From assembly GCF_902713615.1 (NCBI RefSeq), contig NW_024055431.1, positions 62,001 through 126,000 on the forward strand: DNA of 64,000 nucleotides. The letters are read 5' to 3'. Within the stretch, counting starts at the first letter, position 1, and each line of letters begins with the position of its first letter. The position numbers and the translations under genes were made by a program. Positions 35,686 through 48,250 of the stretch are shown one piece after another. The notes below the pieces were generated by a model. It did not search any database. It was given only the letters and a program-made list of their open reading frames with translations, and was not told the origin of the DNA. The DNA comes from Scyliorhinus canicula. Lineage: Eukaryota.

Positions 35686-37150
35686 ATCCCTGTGGGTTTA
35701 TTTCTCTGCGTGCCTGTCCAATCCCTGTGGGTTTATTTCTCTGCGTGCCTGTCCAATCGCTGTGGGTTTATTTCTCTGTGTGCCTGTCCAATCCCTGTGG
35801 GTTTATTTCTCTGCGTGCCTGTCCAATCGCTGTGGGTTTATTTCTCTGTGTGCCTGTCCAATCGCTGTGGGTTTATTTCTCTGTGTGCCTGTCCAATCGC
35901 TGTGGGTTTATTTCTCTGCGTGCCTGTCCAATCACTGTGGGTTTATTTCTCTGCGTGCCTGTCCAATCCCTGTGGGTTTATTTCTCTGCGTGCCTGTCCA
36001 ATCGCTGTGGGTTTATTTCTCTGCGTGCCTGTCCAATCCCTGCGGGTTTATTTCTCTGCATGCCCCTCCAATCCCTGTGGGTTTATTTCTCTGCGTGCCT
36101 GTCCAATCGCTGTGGGTTTATTTCTCTGCGTGCCTATCCAATCGCTGTGGGTTTATTTCTCTGCGTGCCTGTCCAATCCCTGTGGGTATATTTCTCTGCG
36201 TGCCTGTCCAATCCCTGTGGGTTTATTTCTCTGCGTGCCTATCCAATCGCTGTGGGTTTATTTCTCTGCGTGCCCTTCCAATCCCTGTGGGTTTATTTCT
36301 CTGTGTGCCCGTCCAATCCCTGTGGGTTCATTTCTCTCAGTGCCCGTCCAATCCCTGTGGGTTTATTTCTCTGTGTGCCCGCCCAATCGCTGTGGGTTTA
36401 TTTCTCTGCGTGCCCGCCCAATCTCTGTGGGTTTATTTCTCTGCGTGCCTGTCCAATCGCTGTGGGTTTATTTCTCTGCGTGCCTGTCCAATCCCTGTGG
36501 GTTTATTTCTCTGCGTGCCTGTCCAATCGCTGTGGGTTTATTTCTCTGTGTGCCTGTCCAATCTCTGTGGGTTTATTTCTCTGCGTGCCTGTCCAATCGC
36601 TGTGGGTTTATTTCTCTGCGTGCCTGTCCAATTGCTGTGGGTTTATTTCTCTGCGTGCCTGTCCAATCCCTGTGGGTTTATTTCTCTGTGTGCCTGTCCA
36701 ATCGCTGTGGGTTTATTTCTCTGCGTGCCTGTCCAATCGCTGTGGGTTTATTTCTCTGCGTGCCTGTCCAATCCCTGTGGGTTTATTTCTCTGCGTGTCC
36801 CTCCAATCCCTGTGGGTTTATTTCTCTGTGTGCCTGTCCAATCGCTGTGGGTTTATTTCTCTGCGTGCCTGTCCAATCGCTGTGGGTTTATTTCTCTCCG
36901 TACCTGTCCAATCGCTGTGGGTTTATTTCTCTGCGTGCCTGTCCAATCGCTGTGGGTTTATTTCTCTGTGTGCCTGTCCAATCGCTGAGGGTTTATTTCT
37001 CTGCGTGCCTGTCCAATCGCTGTGGGTTTATTTCTCTGTGTGCCCGCCCAATCGCTGTGGGTTTATTTCTCTGCGTGCCTGTCCAATCGCTGTGGGTTTA
37101 TTTCTCTGCGTGCCCGCCCAATCGCTGTGGGTTTATTTCTCTCAGTGCCC
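35686..37150. repeat. 42 x 35-bp minisatellite
   Basis: Unit TGTGGGTTTATTTCTCTGCGTGCCTGTCCAATC(C/G)C; first unit at 35691, last at 37126. Confidence 0.97.
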
Positions 37151-37532
37151 GTCAAATTTCGTATTGAAATCCTTCCGTCATTTCTGCATCACCTACGCTC
37201 ATAGGCAGTAGGTTCCAGGTTGTTACCTCTCTCTTTACATGTACACAAGGCTCCTCGAGCACAGAGGAGTCTAATTGGCCTATTTTTCCCGTGCCAGCTC
37301 TGTACAGTGACCCATTTAATCCCAGAGTTCGACTATTTTGGGTTTTTTTCAGAATGCATCAACTTCCCTTTTGGAAGTTACAGTGCAATGAGATTCCAGC
37401 ACCATTTATAGACAGTGCATTCTAAATCACAACAACTCGCTGTGTTTTACAACAAATAATTGTGCATATGGTGTGTCTGGAGTATCTCACAGTATCAAAA
37501 TGGTGTCAACGCCTTGGTTATTACACAATTTA

Positions 37533-40500
37533 AAAAAAAATTATTTTTATTCTCCTTTTTCACTTTCTCCTGAATTTACACGCAACAATAAACAATAATC
37601 AGCAACAGATGGTCAATCCCATAACAATAACAACGATCCCATCCTCCCACCAACCCCCAAACATCAGCCCGCATGTTTACATAAACAAAGGACAAAAAAG
37701 AATTGGGGATTATCCATAGTCATCCTTAATATCCACAGCCCCCCTCCCCCCCCACCCATCCCCCCTCCCCCCCAACTAATGTTCGATGTTATCCAGTTCT
37801 TGAAAGTGCACAATGAATAATGCCCATGACTTGTAGAACCCCTCTGAGCTTCCCCTCAGTTCAAACTTAACCTTCTCAAGGGTCAAGTATTCCAACAGGT
37901 CCCCCCGCCACGCCAAAGCACAGGGTGGAGAGGCTGCTCTGCATCCCAGCAGGATCCACCTTCGGGCGATCAACGAGGCGAAGGCTACGATATCTGCCTC
38001 CGCACCCATTTCCAACCCTGGCTGGTCCGACACCCCGAATATGGCCTCCCGGGGACCCAGGTCCAATTTCACCACCTTGGAAATTACCCTAAAAACCTCC
38101 TTCCAGTACTCCTCCAGCTTTGGACAGGATCAAAACATCTGAATGTGATTAGCCCCCCCCCCCCCCCTCCCCCCTAATACTCACACACATATTCTACTTC
38201 AAAGAATCGGCTCATCTTCGCCCTCGTGAGGTGCGCTCTGTATACCACCTTCAGCTGCATCAGCCCCAACTTCGCACACGAGGTGGAGGCATTCACTCTC
38301 CGGAGCACCTCACACCAGACCCCCTCCTCTATAACCTCTCCCAACTCTTCCTCCCATTTTGCTTTGATCCCTTCCAGTGGTGCCTTATCTTCTTCCAAAA
38401 TAGCTCCGTACACCGCTGACACTACCCCCTTCTCCAGTCCCCTTGTCGTCAGCACCTCCTCCAGCAATGTGGAGGCCGGTTCCTCCGGGAAGCTCTGTAT
38501 CTCCTTCCTGGCAGAATCTCGAACCTGCACGTATCTGAACATTTCTCCCTGCTCCAGCCCATACTTCGCTTCCAGCTCCCTCCTGCAAACCGACCCCAAG
38601 AAACAAATCTTTTAGCGTCTTAATCCCCCTTTCGCATTTCCGAAAACTTGCATCCCACTTCCCTGACTCAAATCTGTGGTTCTCCCGAATCGGCATTTCC
38701 CTTGACCCTGCCCCCAACCCGAAGTGTTGGAGAAACTGCATCCAGATTTTCAATGAAGCTATTATTACCGGACTCCCTGAGTATTTCCCCGGACCAATCG
38801 GGAGCGGCGCTGTTGCTAGTGCTTTTAGTCCCGACCCCGTGCACAAACTCTCCTCCACTCTGACCCAGCTCCGCACCTTCTTCACATTCGCCGCCCAGTA
38901 GTAGTACATCAGATTCGGGAGACCCAAACCCCCTGCCTGCCTTCCCCTCTGCAGCGGCACCTTTCTAACTCTGGCCACCTTCCCTCCCCATATGAACGAG
39001 GTAATCCTTCCCTCAATCTCCCTGAAAAAAGCCTTTGGGAGGCAAATCGGTAGGCATTGAAAAATAAACAGAAATCGCAGCAACACATTCATTTTAACCG
39101 CCTGTACCCGACCCGCCAGTGACAGAGGGAGACCATCCCACCTCGCCAGGTCAGCTTTCACTCTCCCCACCAAACTAGTGATGTTGTACCTGCAAAGCCT
39201 CCCCCACTCCCAGGCAACCTGCACCCCAGATACCCAAAGTGAGTCCCTTCCCTACGGAATTGCAGCCCCCCCACCCCCGGCCGAGACACCACAAAATACT
39301 CACTCTTGTCCAGGTTCAGCTTGTACCCCGAGAAAGACCCAAATACCCGCCAGTACCTTCGCCAATACTTTTGCATCCACATTCAGAAGTGATATGGGCC
39401 TATACGACCCACACTTCATCGGATCCTTATTTTTTTTTAGCAACAGTGAAGTCAATGCCTGCCCCAAGGTTTGTGGCAACACCCCCTTCCCTATCGCCTC
39501 TTCAAACATCCCTACCATCAGGGGTGCCAACTTATCCTTAAATTTTTTATAATATTCCACCGGAAACCCATCCGGCCCTGCCACCTTCCTGCATCTCACG
39601 GTCTCCCTCGGGTGGCTGTGACCTGTGCAACCTCTCATAAAACTCAGAAACCTTGTTAATCAGCTCCGGGGCCACAACCAATTTCCCTGCCCTACCCCTC
39701 ACCTAAAGAATTTCCCTTGCCGCTGCTTCCCTCCAGAGCTGACCTGCTAACAGCCTTATCTCCATGTTCATAAACTGCACCCCTTGCTTGCCTCAGTTGG
39801 CACACCGCCTTCCTGGTGGATAGTCGGTTGAAGCTCGCCTGTAGTTCCTTCCTCTTTTCCAGCTTCGCTGGGTCCCCATCTTCTGCATAACTCCTATCTG
39901 CCTCCAACATCTCATCTATTAGCCTCTGCCACTCCCACCTCTCCTCTTTGTCCACCCTGGCCTTAAACAAAATTACCTCACCCCTCCCCACCGCCTTTAG
40001 AGCCTCCCAGACAACTGCCTTCGGCACCTCACCCGTACAGTTGAAACCTACATATTCCTTAATTACCTTTTAAAATTTCTCACAGAACACTTGGTTCCCC
40101 AAAAGCCCCACATCCAGTTTCCACCCCGGCCTCTGCGCTACCCCCTTCTCCAGTATCATATCCTCCCAATGCTGAGCATGATCTGGCACTGCAATTGCCG
40201 AGTGTTCCGACCCCTTAACCCCAGCCAACAAAGCCTTCCCCACCACGAAAAACTCGATCCGCGAATGTACCTTATGGACTGCTGAGAAAAACGAGTTTTC
40301 CCGTTCCCTCGGGTGCAGAAACGTCCAAGGGTCCACCCCTCCCATTTCCTCCATTAGCCCAGCCAACGCCTTTGCACCCCCTGATGGGACCAGCGAGCGC
40401 GGCCGTGATCTGTCCAACCTTGGCTCCTGCACCAGGTTCCAGTCCCCCCCCCCACAATCAGCTCGTGTGTGTCCAAGTCGGGAATGGCCCCAAACACCTT

Positions 40501-42893
40501 CCTCGCAAATCCCGCATTGTCCCAGTTGGGACCGTATACACTTAACAGCGCCACTAACCTCCCCTCCAGCGCCCCGGCCACAATCACATATCTACCCCCT
40601 GATCTGCCACCACCTTCTCCATCTGGAAGAATACCCTTTTGCTGACCAACACCGCTACCCCTCGAGCCCTTCCATCAAATCCAGAGTGAAACACCTGACT
40701 AATCCAGTCCTTTTTAAGTCTCACCTGAGCCTTCAGACTCAAGTGAGTCTCCTGCAGCATTGCCACATCGGCTTGCAAACTTTTAAGATGCGCAAGCACC
40801 CTTAACCTCTTGACCGGATCTCCTAATCCCCTCATGTTCCACGTGTCTATCCTTACTGGGGGTCTCTCAACGCCCCCCCCCACTTCTTAACCACCATCAC
40901 CATACCACCGGGCCCTGCCCCATGAGCATGACCCGCTCTATCCATTATTAACATCGAATGCCTTCCCCCCGTCCCAAACCCCCCCAACATTTCCTCTCAA
41001 AAAAACATCTCCCAGCATCAATCCCTCCCCTGCTCGCCTCGTAGGCCCATCGAAACCTGCCAACCAGGCTCCAATGTCCGCAGCCCTCCTCTCACCTCCG
41101 TTCACCAGCCGACTTTCGTTAGCTAGCGCGGGGATATATCGTCCCCTCCCACCCAGTCCCAGAGCAAGAAAAAACAAAACCAACGAGCCAACCCATACAA
41201 TTCACTAAAATAAGATCTAACCGTCGCAACACAGAATGCCAAACAACTCAACCAATAACTTGAACTCTGCAACAATGTGAAGAGAAGTAAATTACAATAC
41301 ACTTCAGTGAAATGAAAGTTATAGCATTTATACATTTTCCAGCTCCCCAATCACAGTCCAGTCTCTCTTTCAGCTCCCCTCCTCACATCTGTCCCAAGCC
41401 TTCTACCCTCACGAACGCCTCAGCCGCCTCCGCTGTCTCAAAATAAAAGTCTTTGGCATCATACGTCACCCTCAGCTTCGCCGGGTACACCATACCAAAT
41501 CGCAGCCCCTTGTACAGCGCTGCCTTCACTCGCCTGAACGCCGCTCGTCTTTTTGCCAACTCCACTGTCAAGTCCTGGTAGATCCGAACCGCAGTACAAT
41601 CCCACTGCACCTCGCGCTTCTGCTTCGCCTTCATGCAGTACTTATGGAAGCAGATAATTACTGCTCTTGGCGGCTCATTCCCTTTGGGCTTCAGCCTTAA
41701 TGACCGATGAGCTTGGTCCAGCTCGTACCGGGAGGGGTTCTCACCCTCCCTCATCAACTCCGCCAACCTCTTAGCGAAGTACTCTGTTGGCCTTGGGCCC
41801 TCTGTCCCTTCGGGCAAGCCCACAATTCTCAGTCTGTGCCGTTTCGAGCGGTTCTCCAAGTCCTCGAGCTTTGCTTGGAGTCCTCTGTTGACCTCCACCA
41901 CCCTCCGCAGCTCGTCCCCCATCGAGGTGACCTGGTCGCTGTGCTGCGACAGAGCCTCCTCCACTTCCTTCATCTTCTTGCCCTGCTCTCTCACCTCGGC
42001 CAATGTCTTTGCCACAGCCACCCTCACCGGGGCGATTGCCTCCTCCACCAATGACTTCAACGCCATGTCCTTCCTCAAAGCCTCCATATGCCTCACAAAC
42101 AGCTTTTCCAGCTCCACCGCCATCACCTCGGTCATCTTCTCCACCATAAGTAGTGCGGCCCCACCATAAGTAGTGCGGCCCCACCATAAGTAGTGCGGCC
42201 CCACCATGTGGTCCGGCCTCCGCCATCTTGTCAGCACTTTTGCTCGTCTTCACATTCAACGGTGAGCCACCCTTCCTCAACGCTGCTTTTCGCATCCTTT
42301 AACAGATTATTATTTTTCCTTTTTTTTTTCCACCCTTCTTTCCTTCTTCAATCCTCTTTTCTTTTTTAAATAGAAAAAAACATGAAATTTTTCTTCTTTC
42401 AAAAAAAACAGGGGGAAAAAAACTTTAACCACATTTCTTTAAAACTTTTTTCTCTTCTTTTTTGTTTTCCTCCAGAATTTCCCTGGGACCGGGCTTCAGT
42501 CTTGTTTCCATATTCGAGGCGGGGAGCGATCCGATGTGGGAAATCTCACCTACATCACACCCTGGCTTCGGGCCTGCTGCCTCGGCCCCCCTTTGGCTCC
42601 GCCCCGCTGCTCCTTTCAAATTTACAGGTCTGGTTTTCAGGTTGTCCCATTCCTCCTCCACGTGCAGCTGCTCCGCCGAACCCACCAGGACCAGTCTCTT
42701 CCCCCCTCACCCTTCCAACCCTCCGGCTTCGTCAAACGGAGCTTTGACGCTTGGGCGAGGGAGGCAGGGCCGCCCTGGAGAATTTTAACTTTTTTTTAAA
42801 CAGCGGGAAGCCCCCCGAAAAAGACCGCGATATCGTGGACCGGCAGGAGCTTCTCCTCAACGCAGCCGCTCCGCTCACGAACACCACCGGAAG
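37533..42893 (-). mobile_element. L1/Tx1-clade LINE, 5' end intact, internally deleted and frameshifted
   Basis: ORF1 ~41383-42295; APE start TWNMRGL...LQETHL ~40880; RT N-terminus GPDGFP...YRPISLLNVDAKVLAK; ORF2 C-terminus to ~37776; candidate TSD ACAATTTA at 37525-37532 and 42894-42901. Confidence 0.9.
41383..42295 (-). pseudogene. L1 ORF1p, frameshifted near the N-terminus
   Basis: LEDLENRSKRHRLRIVGLPEG...PRAVII...IYQDLTVELAKRRAAF motifs. Confidence 0.85.
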
Positions 42894-43023
42894 ACAATTT
42901 ATTTGACTTTTAGCCAGAATGTTAGCCTCTGTAAATGGGCTGGAATTGTTATCAGCAGAAAGAGACCCAAATGAACATGGTTCAGTCCCGAATGTGAGGA
43001 ACAGCAAAATCCAATCACGGTGA

Positions 43024-44145
43024 TTACTTGTGGCCTCGTTGGTGTCTCAGCAGGTTGGGTGAAGTGGTGAATCGCTTCCCACACTGTGAGCAGGTGAATG
43101 GCCTCTCCCCAGTGTGAACTCGCTGGTGTGTGAACAGAGCGAATGACTGCGTGAATCCCTTCCCACACTTGGAGCAGGTGAAAGGTCTCTCCCCAGTGTG
43201 AACTCGCTGGTGTGTGGACAGGGCGGATGATTGAGTGAATCCCTTCCCACACTCGGCACAGGTGAATGGCGTCTCCCCAGTGTGAATTCTCTGGTGTGTG
43301 GACAGATTGGATGACTGAGTGAATCCCTTCCCACACTCGGCACAGGTGAATGGCCTCTCCTCAGTGTGAATTCGCTGATGTACAGTGAGGTCACATGATC
43401 GTCTGAATCCAGTCCCGCAGTAAGAGCACCTAAACGGTCTCTCGTCGGTGTGAGCACCCTGATGGTTCATCAGATTCCCAGAACTTTTATAGCGCTTCCC
43501 ACAGTCTGGACATTGAAACGGTCTCTCATCAGTGTGAACTCGCTGGTGACTCAGCAGGTGGGCTGAAATAGTAAATCCCTTCCCACACTCTGAGCAGGTG
43601 AATGGCCTTTCCCCAGTGTGAATTCGCTGGTGATTCCGTAGGGCCGATGAATCACTGAATCCTTTCTCACACTCTGAGCAGGTGAATGGTCTCTCCCCAG
43701 TGTGAACACGCTGGTGTCTGGACACAGCGGATGACTCAGTGAATCCCTTCCCACACTTGGGGCAGGTGAATGGTCTCTCCCCAGTGTGAACTCGCTGGTG
43801 ACTAAGCAGGGCGGATGACTTAATGAATCCCTTCCCACACTTGGAGCAGGTGAATGGCCTCTCCCCAGTGTGAACTCGCTTGTGTATGGACAGAGTGGAT
43901 GACTGAGTAAATCCCTTCCCACACTTGGAGCAGGTGAATGGTCTCTCCCCAGTGTGACTGCGTCGATGAGTTTCCAGCTGGGATGGGGAAGTGAATCCTT
44001 TCCCACAGTCCGCACATTTCCACGGTTTCCCCTCCGTGTGACTGCATTTGTGGCTTGTGAGGCCTGATGATTGACTGAATCCTTGTCCACACGCACAACA
44101 CGTGTACGGTTTCTCCCCACTGTGAACAATGCTTTTTCCTTCCAT
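43024..44145 (-). CDS. C2H2 zinc-finger protein, 13 intact fingers
   Basis: [16 protein letters not shown]...RHQRGHK*; ATG at 44145; acceptor TTTCACAG with exon starting at 44253, frame open from the acceptor. Confidence 0.9.
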   Translation of the reverse strand: MEGKSIVHSGEKPYTCCACGQGFSQSSGLTSHKCSHTEGKPWKCADCGKGFTSPSQLETHRRSHTGERPFTCSKCGKGFTQSSTLSIHKRVHTGERPFTCSKCGKGFIKSSALLSHQRVHTGERPFTCPKCGKGFTESSAVSRHQRVHTGERPFTCSECEKGFSDSSALRNHQRIHTGERPFTCSECGKGFTISAHLLSHQRVHTDERPFQCPDCGKRYKSSGNLMNHQGAHTDERPFRCSYCGTGFRRSCDLTVHQRIHTEERPFTCAECGKGFTQSSNLSTHQRIHTGETPFTCAECGKGFTQSSALSTHQRVHTGERPFTCSKCGKGFTQSFALFTHQRVHTGERPFTCSQCGKRFTTSPNLLRHQRGHK

Positions 44146-44554
44146 GTTCAAAGTACAATGATATTCAGGATATGATAAATTGAGGGCTCTGTCAGATCCT
44201 GATGTGATGCTCGGTTTGAGTTTCCGGACTTTGAATCCTCCCCTTCGAACACCCTGTGAAATGGATTCAAAACAGAAAATAGGGAGTGAGAGAGAACCCA
44301 CAAAAACACAAAGGCAGGTTGTGAAATTGAGCGGAATGAATCTGGTCATTTGTGGGGCCGGCACTGGGAAAAAGTGACCATGAAAACTGCTGGATTGTCA
44401 AAAAAACCCAACTGGCCTCTTTGGGAGGAGAGAGAAAGAGGCGAAGAGGGATTTTGTATATCTACAAGTCACAGTAATGAGAATGGATGGCAAAGCAAAT
44501 TCTACCTTGAGCTTCATAAACAGTAATATTGATACCAAAACTATGCTTCTGGCG

Positions 44555-45185
44555 GCAATGATTAGCACTGCTACCTCACAGCGCCAGGGACCTGGGTTCA
44601 ATTCCGGCTTGGGTCACTGTCTGTGTGGAGTCTGCACATCCTCCCCATGTGTGCGTGGGTTTCCTCCGGGTGCTCCGGTTTCCTCCCACAGTCCAAAGAT
44701 GTGTAGGTTAGGTGGATTGGCCATGATAAATTGCCCTTACTGTTTTAAATTGCCCTAAGTGTTGGGTGGGGTTACTGGGTTATGGGGATAGGGTGGAGTT
44801 GTTGACCCTGGGTAGGGTGCTCTTTCCAAGAGCTGGTGCAGACTCGATGGGCTGAATGGCTTCCTTCTGCACTGTAAATTCTATGATTCACAGGCCTTGG
44901 TGACTGTGTGGAGTTTGCACTTTCTCCCCGTGTCTGCGTGGGTTTCCACCCGGTGCTCAGGTTTCCTCCAACAGCCCAAAGAAGGGAAAGTTAGGTGGAT
45001 TGACCTTGATAAATTGCCCCTTAGTGTCCAGGGATGTGCAGGTTAGGTGGGGCTATGGGGTGGCAGGAACAGGGTAGGGGTGTGGGCCGAGGCAGGGTGC
45101 CCTTTCAGAGAATCAGTGCAGACTCGATGGGCTGAATGGCCTCCTTCTGCACTGTAGGAATTCTATGGTTCTAATTCTATTCTAT
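44555..45185 (+). mobile_element. Two tandem HE1-like SINEs
   Basis: Two cores, each with a GGGCTGAATGGC..CTTCTGCACTGTA tail. Confidence 0.8.
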
Positions 45186-45189
45186 GAAT

Positions 45190-46050
45190 CTTTATAAAGC
45201 TCTGGTCACCACTCTTCAGGAAGAATGTGAAGGTTCTTGGAGAAGATGCAGAGGAGATTTACCAGAATGATTCCAGCAAAGGAGGTTGAGGGGAGATTTG
45301 ATTCAGGGACACAAGATTATGCCAGATTTCCATTGGGGTGGACAAAGAAACTCTGTTTCCATTCACTGATCGTACAAGCAGTCGGGACACAGATTTAAAG
45401 TTTTGGGTAAAGCCTGGATTGAACGATACACGATCCTGAGGGGATTTGACAGGGTGGATGTGGAGAGGATGCTTCCTCTTGTGGGAGAATCTACAACAAG
45501 GGCATCACTGTTGGAAAATAAAGAGTCACCCATTTCAGATGGAGATGAGGATTTTTTATTCTCTTGAGGGTTGTAAGACTTTGGAACTCACGTCCTTAAA
45601 AGGCAGCGGAAGCAGAGTCCTTGAATATTTTTAACGCAGAGCTGGATAGATTCTTGATGAGCAAGGGGGTGAAAGGTTATCAGGGGTAGGCAGGAATGTG
45701 GCATTGAAGTTGGAATGCGATCAGCCACAATCCAACTGAATGCTGAGCAGGCTCGAGGGGCCGAGTGGCCTGCTCCTAGTTTGTATGTAAAAGGTACAGG
45801 AGATATGAGGTGATATGAGTTATATGTTTTTACACAGCGAGCGGCAATGACCTGAAACTTGCTGCCGAGGAGGGAGTTTGAAAATTGACACAATGAATCA
45901 TTTGATTTCAAAAGGAAATTGGATAGACATCTGAGGGAAATAAACCTGCGAGGATACAGGGAGCAGGAGAATGGCACTGACTGGATTGCTCCAGAGAGCT
46001 AGCATGGATTCAATGGACCGAATGCCCTTCTCTGTGCCATCATGTCTCTG
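45190..46050 (+). mobile_element. CR1 3' fragments
   Basis: LRGFDRVDVERMLPLVGES motif and CR1 tails. Confidence 0.7.
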
Positions 46051-46204
46051 ACTCGTTTGTGTAATCTATTTTTGTAATTTAACCCCGGGGGGGTTCAGAT
46101 ATCACTCAGGATAATCTGTGCTACATTCCCTCCGAGGCCATTCTATCCTTCCTCAGGTTTGTTGCCCAGAACTGAACACAGTTCTCCAGGTTTGGTATAA
46201 CCAG

Positions 46205-46430
46205 GGTTTGTGAATCTCGGGGCTTTTCCAGTCACACTGAGACCTGAAATCTTCCCTCACAGACAGAACAGACAAACCTTTTACCTTCCACACCCAGATG
46301 CTGCTGAAATTCAGATTCTGACTAATCGAGACTCTGTCAGATTGCGATGTGACGTTTGGTTTGAGTTTCCCGTCTGCTAAACCTCCTCTTCCAGTATCCT
46401 GTAAATTTACAGAAACCTCACTGTCAGTTT
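46205..46430 (-). pseudogene. ZNF 5' exon relic
   Basis: Reverse complement is near-identical to ~62830-63060; FVCSVCEGRFQVSV*LEK. Confidence 0.75.
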
Positions 46431-46849
46431 AGGATAGAAATTCACAACATTCTCTCCTCGCCAACTTTGATTAAATGTATTCCTGGAGGTTTGATCACAT
46501 AACCTGCCCCCATCCTCAAGCCATTAATCGGTCAACACATCCATCCTTGTGACACGCTGCCTTCCTCGGCCAATTGGGAAAAGGACTCATTACCTTACAG
46601 GACAGTTACTGTCCTGATGATTTTCCAGACACCCAGGTATGAATGTCACCAACACAGGGAGCGGAGTTGGTGTGAACTCGGGCAGGAGGAGCTTCGGAAC
46701 GGTAAATATAAATAATGTACCTCGGGAATTCAGGGCCTAGGCAGCAGGGAGAGGAGCTGGCGCAAATCCAGGGAGAAGGAGCTTCGGAACAGTAAATATA
46801 AATAACTTACCTCAGAGTAAAGCTGATTGGCTGGTTGGGAATCTGTTCT

Positions 46850-48250
46850 AAATTTGAGAAACTGGAGTAATTAACTAAGTAGGGAGTAACTCGGAGATCA
46901 GTAACCAGGAAATTGCTGTTAGTATCTATAATCAACGATTTGGATGAGAATGTACAAGGCATAGAACATTACAGCGCAGTACAGGCCCTTCGGCCCTCGA
47001 TGTCCTTGATCAGTAAGTCCTCTGTCCTTCATCAGTAAGTTTGCAGATAACACTAAAATAGGTGATATTGTAGACAGTGAGGAAGGTTATCAAAAATTGC
47101 AGCAGGATCTTGATCAGCTGGGGAAGTGGGCCGAGAAATGGCAAATGGTGTTCAATACAGATCAGTGTGAGGTGTTGCATTTCAGAAAGTCAAATCAAGG
47201 TCCGACTTTCACAGTGAATGGTAGGGCCTTAGAGTGTATCATGGAACAGAGGGATCTTGGAGTTCATGTGCACGGTTCTTTAAAGGTGGAGTCACAGGTA
47301 GATAGGGCAGCACGGTAGCATAGTGGTTAGCACAGTTGCTTCACAGCTTCAGGGTCCCAGGTTCGATTCCCAGCTGGGTCACTGTCTGTGCGGAGTCTGC
47401 ACGTTCTCCCCGTGTCTGCATGTGTTCTCTGGTTTCCTCCCACAGTCTAAAGATGTGCGGGATAGGTGGACTGGCCATGCTAAATTGCCCTTAGTGTCCA
47501 AAAAAAAGGTTAAGTGGGGTTTACTGGGTTACAGGGATAGGGTAGATAAGTGGGCTTGCGTAGGATGCTCTTTCTAAGGGCTATCCAGCTCTGGAAGACT
47601 CGATGGGCTGAATAGCCTCCATCTGCACTGCAAATTCTCTGAAGAAGGCTTTTGGCGTGCTGGCCTTCATCAGTCAGGGCATTGAGTATACAAGTTGGGA
47701 CGTTATGTTGCAGTTGTACAGAATGTTGGTGAGGTCGCACCTGGAGTATGGTGTTCAGTTTTGGCTGCGTTGCTATAGGAAACATGTTATTAAACTGGAG
47801 AGAGCGCAGAAGAGATTTACAAGGATGTTGCCAGGACTGAGTGAAAGGGAGAGATTCGACAGACCAGGACCTTTATCTTTGGAGCGTAGGGGACTGAGGG
47901 GTGATCTTATATAGGTGTATAAGATCATGGGAGGTATGGACAGGGTGAATGCACTCAGTCTTTTTCTCAGGGTTGGGGAATCGAGAACTAAAGGTAAGAC
48001 GGAAAAGAATTAATGGGAATCTGAGGAGCAATGGTTTTACACAGAGGATAGTACGGAATGAGCTGGCGGAGGAAGGAGTTGAGGCAGGGACATTGCCAAC
48101 ACTGAAAAGGCATTTGGACAGATACATGAATAGAAAAGGTTCAGAGGGATAGGGGCCAAATACTGGCCAATGGGATTGGCTTAGATGAGCTTTTTGGTTG
48201 GCATGGACCAGTTTGGGCCGAAGGGCCCGTCTCCATACCATAGATTCTAT
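46850..48250 (+). mobile_element. CR1 RT and 3' end, interrupted by an HE1 SINE (~47305-47640)
   Basis: SKFADNTKIG, LQQDLDQLGKWAEKWQMVFN, LYRMLVRSHLEYGVQFW. Confidence 0.85.

Noticed and set aside
35589-37211. Three overlapping 465-540 aa Cys-rich ORFs
   Set aside because: Translation of a stop-free 35-bp minisatellite; the same peptide cycles through all three frames.
44146-44364. N-terminal 73 aa of the 446-aa ZNF ORF
   Set aside because: Crosses a polypyrimidine tract and splice acceptor at 44254-44256, so the upstream part is intronic.
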